In this document: one piece after another, positions 46,977 through 55,575 of the stretch
Numbering within the stretch: the first letter of the stretch is position 1
Layout: each line of letters begins with the position of its first letter
Assembly (NCBI GenBank): GCA_039818205.1
Contig: JBCBUK010000003.1
Location: forward strand, 64,001 to 128,000
Source: Verrucomicrobiota bacterium
GTDB lineage: Bacteria; Verrucomicrobiota; Verrucomicrobiia; Opitutales; Cerasicoccaceae
Reading direction: 5' to 3'
DNA: 64,000 bases
The notes under the pieces: model-generated
The model's database searches: none
The model's input: the letters and a program-made list of their open reading frames with translations, nothing else
Told to the model about the DNA's origin: nothing
Program-made: the position numbers and the translations under genes

Positions 46977-48979
46977 TGACGCCCGTTGACCAATTGCGTA
47001 ATTGGGTGTTTTGCCTCCTGGCGATTCTGCTCGTTGCGGTCGCATTGGTCTACGGGGAGATTGTGACAGCGTTCGATGCCGAGGGTGTTGCTCGGGTTTG
47101 GATTTATTTCTTGTTGGGGTTGAGCGGGTTTGCGCTGGTGTTCTGTTGGCCGCGACTGACGCCGAAGCGAGAGGTGGCTTTGCTACTCCTTTTGGGCGCT
47201 GTGGTGCGCTTGGCTCTTTTGCCAACAGCACCCTCAGACGACATCCATCGCTACCTATGGGAGGGTAAACTTGTTGCCGATGGCGTGAGCCCGTATGCGG
47301 CCACGGCCGATGACCCCATCTTCGCTGCCTATTTCGATGACCAGTGGGAGCGGATGAACCATCGGGACAAATGGACGGCCTATCCGCCTGGATCGGAACT
47401 CGTGTTCGCGCTGCTGGCAAAAATCAGTTACAGCACAACGGCGTTTAAGTTGGCGTTTATCGGGTTAGACCTGGTGGTTGTCGCCTTGGTGGCTGGCTTG
47501 CTGCACTTTCGATCGCTACCACTTCGCTGGGCTGGCTTCTATGCGTTTAACCCGATTGTGCTCATCTCATTTGCCGGGGAAGGACACTTCGATGTGCTGA
47601 TGATTGCACCCATGGTGGCCGCAGTTCTCGCCTCGGAACATAAGCGGTATTGGTTGGCTTTTGTCCTGTTGGGGATTGCGGTTCAGATGAAGATTTTCGC
47701 GCTCCTGGCGTTACCGTTTCTGATACGCGAGTGCGGATGGAAATACCTCGGTGCATTTATTCTCACGGTGGTGGTCATCTCGATTCCCTTCGCGGCGGAT
47801 ATTGGTAACATGGTCAATGGGCTTTTCCTTTTCGGCTCGGGGCGTAGTTTCAATGGCTTCGTGTATGATACCTGGCTGCGATGGTTTGATTCCCGGACCG
47901 TCGCGAACATCATTACGGCTGTTTTATTTTTGGGCCTCTGCGCATGGCGTTATTTTTCCAAAGCGCGATCCCATTGGGAAGGGGATTGGTATTTCGTTAT
48001 TGGAGCGCTGTTGATTCTTAGTCCGACGGTTCACTTTTGGTACCTGACATGGTTATTGCCCTTTGTCGCGCTACGCCCATCGATCGCGTGGCTTTGCTTT
48101 AGTTTAACCATGGGCGTCTATTTCCTGGTTTGGTCCAACGCCGAGTCGGGAGCGTGGGGCCTTACTCGCTTTGAATCAGGATTAATCTGGGTTCCGTTCT
48201 TGGCACTAGGGATTTATGAATGGACCCACTTTCATCGCAAGAAGGTGGAACGCCGTCGTGATTTTCCTGAAGGCTTGTCGGTTATCATACCGACCTTCAA
48301 TGCGGCCGATCATTTGCCTGACTGCTTGCAGTCGGTTGAAGCATCGAGCACGCCCGCTGAGGAGATCATTGTCGCGGACGGCGGCTCAACCGATAACACT
48401 TTGAACGTGGCTTCGCGAAACGAATGCCAGGTGGTGACGAGCCCGCTCGGGCGGGGAGAGCAGATTGCTGCTGGCTTGGAGCAGGCTAAGTATCGCTATG
48501 TGTTGATCTTGCACGCTGATTGCGTTCTGGGAACGCATGCCATCAAGCGCCTTCATCGACTCCTGAAAGATTCTCCGTTTGTGGTCGGCGGTTCCCTCGG
48601 ACAGCGCTTTAATCGGGCGAGCCCGATGTTGTTGTTTATTGAGGTGCTGAACGAGATTCGGGCAACGGTAGGCAGCGTGTCATTTGGAGATCAGGCGCAG
48701 TTTTTTGACCGTCGCTATCTTTCCAATGAGGCCTACCCGGCGCAGCCTTTGATGGAGGACGTAGAGCTGAGCCTGCGACTTCGTGAGCGGGGCCAGTGTG
48801 CTTATCTGGGTGAGGAGTTGGTCTCGGAAAGCGCGAAATGGCAACGCGTTGGCAGTTGGCAACGGATTGCCTTGGTATTTCGCTTTGTCGCCGTGTACCG
48901 TTGGACGCGGATCTGGTTTCCGGGGAAGGTCGGTGAGCTTAGCCGACGCCTTTACCGTGAGTATTATAGGCAGTCTTGA
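46976..48979 (+). CDS. Fusion of a GT87/DUF2029-like GT-C membrane domain with a TIGR04283-type GT2 domain
   Basis: N-part has SDDIHRYLWEG, YPP, AFNP, GHFD and PTVHFWY. C-part has SVIIPTFN, DGGSTD, GRGEQ, LHAD, FGDQ and PLMEDVE. Coupled to the previous gene by a TAATG overlap. Confidence 0.85.
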   Translation: MTPVDQLRNWVFCLLAILLVAVALVYGEIVTAFDAEGVARVWIYFLLGLSGFALVFCWPRLTPKREVALLLLLGAVVRLALLPTAPSDDIHRYLWEGKLVADGVSPYAATADDPIFAAYFDDQWERMNHRDKWTAYPPGSELVFALLAKISYSTTAFKLAFIGLDLVVVALVAGLLHFRSLPLRWAGFYAFNPIVLISFAGEGHFDVLMIAPMVAAVLASEHKRYWLAFVLLGIAVQMKIFALLALPFLIRECGWKYLGAFILTVVVISIPFAADIGNMVNGLFLFGSGRSFNGFVYDTWLRWFDSRTVANIITAVLFLGLCAWRYFSKARSHWEGDWYFVIGALLILSPTVHFWYLTWLLPFVALRPSIAWLCFSLTMGVYFLVWSNAESGAWGLTRFESGLIWVPFLALGIYEWTHFHRKKVERRRDFPEGLSVIIPTFNAADHLPDCLQSVEASSTPAEEIIVADGGSTDNTLNVASRNECQVVTSPLGRGEQIAAGLEQAKYRYVLILHADCVLGTHAIKRLHRLLKDSPFVVGGSLGQRFNRASPMLLFIEVLNEIRATVGSVSFGDQAQFFDRRYLSNEAYPAQPLMEDVELSLRLRERGQCAYLGEELVSESAKWQRVGSWQRIALVFRFVAVYRWTRIWFPGKVGELSRRLYREYYRQS

Positions 48980-49147
48980 GCTGATTCGGAATCTCGATTC
49001 GCGATCGATATGCCTAAATGATTCCAATTGAGGTATTTGTGATTGTCGGCCGGGGAGGGGAATGACTGGACTTTTTGCTTGTCAATAGGGGGTCCAAACG
49101 ACACTTTTAACGGTTTTCCCTGATTTTCATCCAAATTGGAACCGCAT

Positions 49148-49363
49148 ATGCGCGACGAATACTTAATCGAAGCCCAAAAAAAAATCGAAGATCCCAACAT
49201 CCTCATCAACCTGGTGAGCCGCCGCGTTAAGCAGCTGAAATATGGGATGAAGCCACTCGTCGAGTCATTAGAAAAACTCGAGCCAGAAGACATCGCCCTG
49301 CGCGAGGTGATCGAAGGCAAGATCGACTACGAGTTATATCATTCCTCAGACTCGGCCCTTTAA
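49148..49363 (+). CDS. rpoZ: RNA polymerase omega subunit
   Basis: LINLVSRRVKQL...PLV...IALREVIEGKI; 71 aa. Confidence 0.85.
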   Translation: MRDEYLIEAQKKIEDPNILINLVSRRVKQLKYGMKPLVESLEKLEPEDIALREVIEGKIDYELYHSSDSAL

Positions 49364-49387
49364 TAAGAGCCGGCTAGAAAATTTCAG

Positions 49388-49418
49388 CGGATTGGCTCGA
49401 CGGGCCAGTCCGTTTTTT
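49388..49418 (+). terminator. Terminator-like hairpin between rpoZ and smpB
   Basis: CGGATTGGCTC-GAC-GGGCCAGTCCG (two G-U pairs) followed by T6. Confidence 0.6.
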
Positions 49419-49431
49419 GTTTCCCACTATC

Positions 49432-49902
49432 ATGGCCAAGAAAAAGAAAGATCAAATTCGCGAGGTGCGCAATGCGAAGGCGTTCCACAACTACTTCGTG
49501 GGCGATCGTTTCGAGGCGGGCATCAAGCTCACCGGGCCAGAGGTTAAGTCGATCCGCGCTGGTAAGGGGCAGATCTCTGAGTCCTTCGTCCGGATTGATA
49601 GCGATGGAGTGCCGACGCTTTATCACGCCTATATTGATGAGTTTCGGTTCGATAATACGGGGAAGCACAATCCGACCCGCCCGCGGAAGCTCCTCCTGCA
49701 CAAGAAGGAGATCGACCGGCTGAAGAAGGAAATGGAAGCCGGTGGCCAGGCACTCGTCCCGATCCGCCTTTATTTTAAGCAAGCGCTCATCAAGGTCGAG
49801 ATCGCTCTTTGCAAAGGAAAGAAGCTCCAGGATAAGCGCGAGTCTCTGAAAAAGAAGCAGCAGATGCGTGAGGCCGATCGCGTGGTCGCCAACCGGCGAT
49901 AA
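49432..49902 (+). CDS. smpB: SsrA-binding protein
   Basis: Motifs NAKAFHNY, EAGIKL.G.EVKSIR, RKLLLHKKEI and GKKLQDKRE. Confidence 0.95.
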   Translation: MAKKKKDQIREVRNAKAFHNYFVGDRFEAGIKLTGPEVKSIRAGKGQISESFVRIDSDGVPTLYHAYIDEFRFDNTGKHNPTRPRKLLLHKKEIDRLKKEMEAGGQALVPIRLYFKQALIKVEIALCKGKKLQDKRESLKKKQQMREADRVVANRR

Positions 49903-49905
49903 ACA

Positions 49906-50379
49906 CTATTTCACGGAAAGGATTTGCCCGGGAGCTCCGTTGGGAAAAGTGAAGTCGCTGCCCGCAGCGTGTCCAACCAAGGTATGAGCTAGCGGCGAGT
50001 CAGGCGTGATTACGGTGACTTCAGTTTCGTCAACCGTGAGTGTTTCGCCGCCCCCAACTGGGGCGAAGAAAAACCACTCGCGGCTCCGACCAAGGCGGCA
50101 TTCGATGAGGGCTCCATTTTTAACACTTTCGCAAGGCACCGTGAGCTCGGGCCGCTGGCCCTTTAGTTGGTTGAGCGCCTCGATTAGCTCTTTGGCGTGC
50201 GAGGCTTGGCCCGCAGCGAGGTAGGAGGCTTCAAGACCCTGAGTATCCCATTTGCTTTCCGCGCGCGACTCTTCGTTAGTCGCATAATCCGCGGCATCGC
50301 GAGAGGCATGCTCAGCGGTTTGCAGTTCTTCTTCGAGGGCGTCAATGAGGGCAGAAATTACGTCAGATTTGTCCAACAT
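49906..50379 (-). CDS. GreA/GreB-family protein
   Basis: N-terminal coiled coil (AESKWDTQGLEASYLAAGQ) and C-terminal VITPDSPLAHTLVG. I placed the start at ATG 50379. Confidence 0.8.
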   Translation of the reverse strand: MLDKSDVISALIDALEEELQTAEHASRDAADYATNEESRAESKWDTQGLEASYLAAGQASHAKELIEALNQLKGQRPELTVPCESVKNGALIECRLGRSREWFFFAPVGGGETLTVDETEVTVITPDSPLAHTLVGHAAGSDFTFPNGAPGQILSVK

Positions 50380-50425
50380 GTTAGAGTCTATAGATGTGCC
50401 AATGGCCGTTGCCAAGCCTAAGCAA

Positions 50426-51601
50426 CTACCCCAAGTAGGTGAGGACTTTATCCACCGGCGCGGTGATTAGACAGACGGATTCAAGGGATTGCTCCTCCGT
50501 CGTTTGCTTGAGGGTATCGACGATTTTCTGGGCAGATTCTTGGGGAAGGATCATTTGAATCGCACCGAGTTCGCGGTTGAGTCGAAGACCGGAGCCCGTG
50601 ACGTCGCATTCGCTTTCGACGAACTTACCAAAGATCGTGGTGGCGCCCGGGGCACCGGCGGCCAGTGCGGCCTCCATCAGGGTGTCGACTTGGCGGCGTT
50701 TGGTGACGCAGCTAACTCGGACCAGATTGTGGAGGTATTGTCGATTGCGGACGGTACCAAAGCCGAGAAAACTGAGGGCGCCTCCTGATTTGGGTTCGTT
50801 ATCAATCAGGTTGCTCGTAGCTCGCCAGTCCGCCGACCCTTTCATGTCATCAATGGCATGGATGATCTGCGGGATGCTGGCAGCATGCCGAGTGGGCTCG
50901 GTTACTCCAGGAAGCTTAATGATGCCGCGGTGGACCTCCGTCGAATAGATGATGCCGCGGCCCGGTTCGTCGAGTCGACCCGCCGCTGCCATTGCCTCAA
51001 AAACGGCCTCGGCATCCATTTCATCCACGATGACCTGAATGGTTTCTTTGTCCGGGTTCTGGGTGAATCGGAAAATGCCTAGTCGGTCGCGGACTCCTCG
51101 CCCCTCGCAGTAATAGATCGTTGGGCCGTGGGCGCCCGCTTTGATCGCGGCCCGCGCGACCGCTTCGGAAATTGCGGACTGAACGGTGGCCGTAATCCCG
51201 ATCAAATTCCGCTTAAAGCGTATCGTGACATCGCGATGCGGGTAGGTGAGTGCGCCGTTCTGCCAGGTTGGAAAATCGTCAGTTTTGTAGAGGCTCTTGC
51301 AGGGGCTTGTGAAAACCGCGCCCGCACCAGTGAGCCGTAATTGCCCCAATGCCACGACCTTCTCCATGAGGATATCGACTTCATCGCTTGGTAGGAGGAA
51401 CTGGAGAATCTCCTGCTCGGGGCTGATAATCGGAATGAGCGCTTGATACCAGCGATCCTTGATGACAGTGCCTCGCGCGTTCAAAGCCAACAGGAAACGT
51501 GCCGGGCAATCCATCAGGAAGTCGGCGACCTCACTGCTGGTTCTTCGCGGCAAAATTACGGTGACCAGATTCTGATCTTCCTGGGCAATCCACCTAGTCA
51601 T
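50426..51601 (-). CDS. Protein with three tandem P-II/GlnB-like domains
   Basis: Three ~100-aa units, each starting NL(V/I). Examples are AAIKAGAHGPTI...PDKETIQVIV...PGRGIIYST, AALAAGAPGATTI and ARGT...PEQEILQFLL...GAGAVFTSP. Confidence 0.75.
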   Translation of the reverse strand: MTRWIAQEDQNLVTVILPRRTSSEVADFLMDCPARFLLALNARGTVIKDRWYQALIPIISPEQEILQFLLPSDEVDILMEKVVALGQLRLTGAGAVFTSPCKSLYKTDDFPTWQNGALTYPHRDVTIRFKRNLIGITATVQSAISEAVARAAIKAGAHGPTIYYCEGRGVRDRLGIFRFTQNPDKETIQVIVDEMDAEAVFEAMAAAGRLDEPGRGIIYSTEVHRGIIKLPGVTEPTRHAASIPQIIHAIDDMKGSADWRATSNLIDNEPKSGGALSFLGFGTVRNRQYLHNLVRVSCVTKRRQVDTLMEAALAAGAPGATTIFGKFVESECDVTGSGLRLNRELGAIQMILPQESAQKIVDTLKQTTEEQSLESVCLITAPVDKVLTYLG

Positions 51602-53534
51602 CGATCAATCCTCCTTCCACAATTTCGCCGGCCTCAGAAGTTCGTCGAACAATAAGACCAACGGTTAGGACGGTTATAATTGGCCCGACCGAGGCGAGGG
51701 CCAAGACGCCAAAGCCATCGATGACGCCGGGAATGTTCGCTCCAATGCCGAGCCCCATCGAAAGCACGAGGGGGACGGTGATTGGCCCGGTTGTCACGCC
51801 CGCACTATCCCAACCGAAATTCACAAACTCTTCGGTGGAAATCTGGGTTAGGAAAACCAGCATGATGTACGGTGGAATCAGTAGCCATGCGAGTGGGAGG
51901 TTATAGGCGATTTTCAATACGCCCATGGCGATTCCCATGCCGACTCCGATCGCGACCGATTGCATAAGCAGATTCTTACGGAAGGCCCCGGCGGTGATCT
52001 TTTGCACGGTCTCACCTAAGGCATTCAAGGCGGGCTCGGCGAGTGTTGCCCCATAGCCGAGGAAGAATCCAAATCCGACCGCCAGGAGTTTGCCAATATC
52101 TTCGCGAGGAACCAAGGGGCCAAAGGTTGCTTCAATGCCCCAGGGCGAAATCTCGGCAAACGTCGAGGGGATGTTGCTACCCAGTTGCGTCCCCAATGGC
52201 GTGAGACCCATGTTGATTCCGAGGCCAAACAGAGCCATCCCGATCAAGGCAAAGACGACACCGACGAGCATTTCATCCCAATCGCGAATGGGTTCTTTCA
52301 CGAGGAGCTTTAAAATCAGGAAAAGGAAGAGCACCAAGGGCACGATTGCGCGCAAGGCGCCAAAAAGAGCATTGGTGAATTCGTTGGGAAAATCTGCTTT
52401 GGGATCCCACTCTTCAACGTCCTTAGCCCAAAGGGATTCGTCGACCTCACGTTCGTAGACGATTTGAGCCCCAGTTTGGACGAGCCTTCCATTTTCAAGC
52501 CGAGTCTGGCCGCCCTCGAACCGGATGGTTACATCGGGTGGCATACGACCGGTTAGTATAAACTGTTCGTATTCTTTATCGGTGATAGGAGCCCGCGCCT
52601 CAACCGGGGAATGTTGGACTTCCTGACGCAACGCCAAGGGAGTGTCGATTGCTTCGACATTCTCTTCGGGCAGGACTTCCATGGTCGCAGGCGCCTGGTA
52701 GTTGGGTGCGCCCACGTAGTCCTTCGCAATGTAGTGGATGATGCCAAGGCACAGCACTGCCAGGATCGGAAAGAGCGAGGCCAGGGTTACGATTCCGAAG
52801 CCAGCGTTGCTGGAATCCTCATCTCCAACAATTCGGCAGACACCGATTCCCAATGCCAGGACCAAGGGCACTGTAACCGGTCCGGTGGTGACCGCTCCAC
52901 AGTCCCACGCCAGACCAATGATCGGGGCTAAGATCGGATTCCCCTGGGCGACGATCGTTAAGGCACAAATGATGGCTAGCAGCGGGAATATGAAAAACTT
53001 GAGCGGCCAACCATGGAAAAAACGCAAGACACCGAGAAGGACCGCAATGCCAACTCCGACGGCCACGCTGAAAACCAGCTGGCCAGCAAAGTCATTGAGC
53101 AAACTATACAGCAGCGGAGCGTCGGTCGGTTTGACGCCAGCGCCGGCTGCGCGCAACACCGCGATCGCGGGTTCGGCAAAGGTCGCGAGCCCACCGAGCA
53201 CAAAGGCAAAACCAAGGATGGCCGGGAGTTTGGCGTTTCGCGGAAGGATTGCGCCAATGATTTCTCCCAAGGGCATCAAGCCGAGCCGAAGCCCTTCCAT
53301 AAAAAACATCAGGCCGAGGGCGACGATAAATACCCCCACGCCAATCATGGCCGCAAAAACCAGCGGCACGCCCAGAATCAAAATCTGGAAGGCCGCCAGG
53401 TAGAAGATGATGAACCAGATGCTTTTGACCTGCTCAAGAAACTTCGTCTTGAAATAGGGAAGCAACAATCGAGCTATCGCCGAAACGCCCAGTTTCGGTC
53501 GCTGCCAACCCGCGCTGTGGCTTTCCCCTGACAT
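51594..53534 (-). CDS. Membrane protein with two fused DUF1538 domains
   Basis: Duplicated motifs TFAEPA/TLAEPA, DCGAVTTGPVTVP/DSAGVTTGPITVP and GFGIVTLAS/GFGVLALAS, joined by a hydrophilic linker. Confidence 0.88.
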   Translation of the reverse strand: MSGESHSAGWQRPKLGVSAIARLLLPYFKTKFLEQVKSIWFIIFYLAAFQILILGVPLVFAAMIGVGVFIVALGLMFFMEGLRLGLMPLGEIIGAILPRNAKLPAILGFAFVLGGLATFAEPAIAVLRAAGAGVKPTDAPLLYSLLNDFAGQLVFSVAVGVGIAVLLGVLRFFHGWPLKFFIFPLLAIICALTIVAQGNPILAPIIGLAWDCGAVTTGPVTVPLVLALGIGVCRIVGDEDSSNAGFGIVTLASLFPILAVLCLGIIHYIAKDYVGAPNYQAPATMEVLPEENVEAIDTPLALRQEVQHSPVEARAPITDKEYEQFILTGRMPPDVTIRFEGGQTRLENGRLVQTGAQIVYEREVDESLWAKDVEEWDPKADFPNEFTNALFGALRAIVPLVLFLFLILKLLVKEPIRDWDEMLVGVVFALIGMALFGLGINMGLTPLGTQLGSNIPSTFAEISPWGIEATFGPLVPREDIGKLLAVGFGFFLGYGATLAEPALNALGETVQKITAGAFRKNLLMQSVAIGVGMGIAMGVLKIAYNLPLAWLLIPPYIMLVFLTQISTEEFVNFGWDSAGVTTGPITVPLVLSMGLGIGANIPGVIDGFGVLALASVGPIITVLTVGLIVRRTSEAGEIVEGGLIDD

Positions 53535-53602
53535 CGTCAGGTAGACAACAGCTGGAAAACGGGACTAGGCCAAGCGCAAAAACGCTTGATTATGAAGACT
53601 TA

Positions 53603-55459
53603 CTATTTCGAAACCTTTTCAAGCAAGGCATTTAAGCGGTTGACCATGCTGCGCGGGTCTTCCAACAAGCCGGCACCGATCAAGGCGTTGTCCAGTAGTT
53701 GCTCGGTGACCAGCTTAGCGGTGTCTTCATTGGAGGTTCGGATCGCTGCCAGGTGCTTGATCAAGCCGTGGCGGGGGTTGATCTCCAAATTTACGGAAAT
53801 GATTTCTTCCGAGTCATCGTCGCTGCGGCCCATGGAGCGCATGATGCGGCGCATGGAAGCGCTCATCATGGCATCGGCATTCATCGCGACAATCGGGCTG
53901 TCAACGAGGCGCTTGCCAGGTGCCACTGCTTTTACGCGTTCTTCGCCGAGGGTCGACTTAATCCACTCGCACAGGGCGTCGACTTCTTCCTTGGGTAGCT
54001 CTTCTCCTTCGACCGCAGTGTCTTCCAGCTCGATATCGTTCGAGTCGGCGGCGGTGAGTTTCTTCTCTTTGAACTCGCGGAGGTTGGTCATTACGAATTC
54101 GTCGATCGGCTCATAGCAGAAGAGGACTTCCAACCCGCGCGCCTTAAAGGCTTCGAGGTAGGGGCCGTTTTCGATCGCATTGCGGTTGGGCCCGATCAGG
54201 AAGTAAATCTCCTTTTGATCGTCCTTAGCACGGTCCAGATACTCGTTGAGCGAAGTCAATTGTCCCTTCTCAAGCATCGAGGATTCGAAGCGCAAGAGAT
54301 TGGAGAGCTGCTCGCGATAGGCGAAGTCGCTCGTTGCACCTTCTTTGATGAAGATGCCAAAGCTATCCCAGAACGTACGGTATTTCTCGGCATTCTTCTT
54401 GGCGATACCATCAATGTGCTTCAGGAAGCGCTTGGTAATGACGTTGCCGATCTTGTTGAGCAAGGCACTGTCTTGCATCGATTCGCGGGAGATGTTCAAA
54501 GGAAGGTCCGCCGAGTCGACAACCCCCTTTGCGAAGCGCAGCCAATCGGGCAGCAGCTTCTTTGGCTCTGGATCGATCAGTACCTTGCGGCAGTGCAGGG
54601 CTACTCCAGGCTCAATACGGCCGAATCCGGGCATCTCGGGGTTGGTGCCTGGAATATAGATCAAGGCGTGGATGTCGAGTGGTGCATCTGCCTGGAAATG
54701 CATCCAGCTGAGTGGTTCATCAAATGCTTTGGCCTGATATTTATAAAATTCCTTGTAGTCCTCTTCGGTGATGCTGCTTTTGTCCTGCAGCCAGATTGCT
54801 TGCTGAGTGTTTACCTTCTCGCCGTTGAGATTGAGTGGAAACTCGATGTAGGCTGAATACCGTTCGAGGATACCCTTGATTTGGGAATCCTTCGCGAAGT
54901 CTTTTGATTCATCGTTAAGCGAAATGACGATCTTGGTTCCACGGCGGACGCCCTCGGCTTCCTCTATAGTGTAGCTTCCGGAGCCATCGCTCGACCAGCA
55001 CCAGCCAGTGCCTTCGCTTTGCCAACTACGGGTGTACACTTTTACCTCTTTCGCGGCCATGAAGACCGAATAGAAGCCCACACCGAATTGTCCGATCAAC
55101 GCCTCGTTGGCGCCGCCAGACTCTTTGACTGCTTGGAGAAATGCTTTCGTTCCGGAATGGGCGATTGTTCCCAGGTTCTCGACGAGGTCATCCCGCGTCA
55201 TCCCGATTCCAAAGTCCTGGATCGTAATCGTACCGGCTTCGTCGTCCGAAGTAATGTTGATCTCGAGGCCGAGGGTATCGTCGTGAACGGTTTTCTCCGT
55301 CAGCTGGAGGTGACGCAATTTCTCAAGGGCGTCGGATGCGTTGGAGACCAACTCGCGAATAAAAATTTCCTTATCGGTGTAGAGCGAGTGGATAACAATA
55401 TCCAGGACCTGCTTTACTTCAGCTTGGAATTCATGGCTCTCGGGCGCGGCTGTGCTCAT
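53603..55459 (-). CDS. htpG: Chaperone HtpG (Hsp90)
   Basis: Motifs HSLYTDKEIFIRELVSNASDA, LGTIAHSGT, IGQFGVGFYS and DLPLNISRE. Confidence 0.96.
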   Translation of the reverse strand: MSTAAPESHEFQAEVKQVLDIVIHSLYTDKEIFIRELVSNASDALEKLRHLQLTEKTVHDDTLGLEINITSDDEAGTITIQDFGIGMTRDDLVENLGTIAHSGTKAFLQAVKESGGANEALIGQFGVGFYSVFMAAKEVKVYTRSWQSEGTGWCWSSDGSGSYTIEEAEGVRRGTKIVISLNDESKDFAKDSQIKGILERYSAYIEFPLNLNGEKVNTQQAIWLQDKSSITEEDYKEFYKYQAKAFDEPLSWMHFQADAPLDIHALIYIPGTNPEMPGFGRIEPGVALHCRKVLIDPEPKKLLPDWLRFAKGVVDSADLPLNISRESMQDSALLNKIGNVITKRFLKHIDGIAKKNAEKYRTFWDSFGIFIKEGATSDFAYREQLSNLLRFESSMLEKGQLTSLNEYLDRAKDDQKEIYFLIGPNRNAIENGPYLEAFKARGLEVLFCYEPIDEFVMTNLREFKEKKLTAADSNDIELEDTAVEGEELPKEEVDALCEWIKSTLGEERVKAVAPGKRLVDSPIVAMNADAMMSASMRRIMRSMGRSDDDSEEIISVNLEINPRHGLIKHLAAIRTSNEDTAKLVTEQLLDNALIGAGLLEDPRSMVNRLNALLEKVSK

Positions 55460-55575
55460 AATGATTGGACTCGGTTTTGTGGGTTTTCGATCGGCTAAAC
55501 CCTGTTAGTGAGCAAATCCCCGCGCGAGATTCAAGCCGTTTGTGCGGGAAATGTTTCTGGGCTGAGACTGCGGTA

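Noticed and set aside
48980..49147. tmRNA or other ncRNA near smpB
   Set aside because: The region is too short, has no tRNA-like ends, and is consistent with the rpoZ promoter region.
53586..55498. Several long plus-strand ORFs opposite htpG
   Set aside because: They are antisense shadows of a conserved gene with no recognisable protein features.
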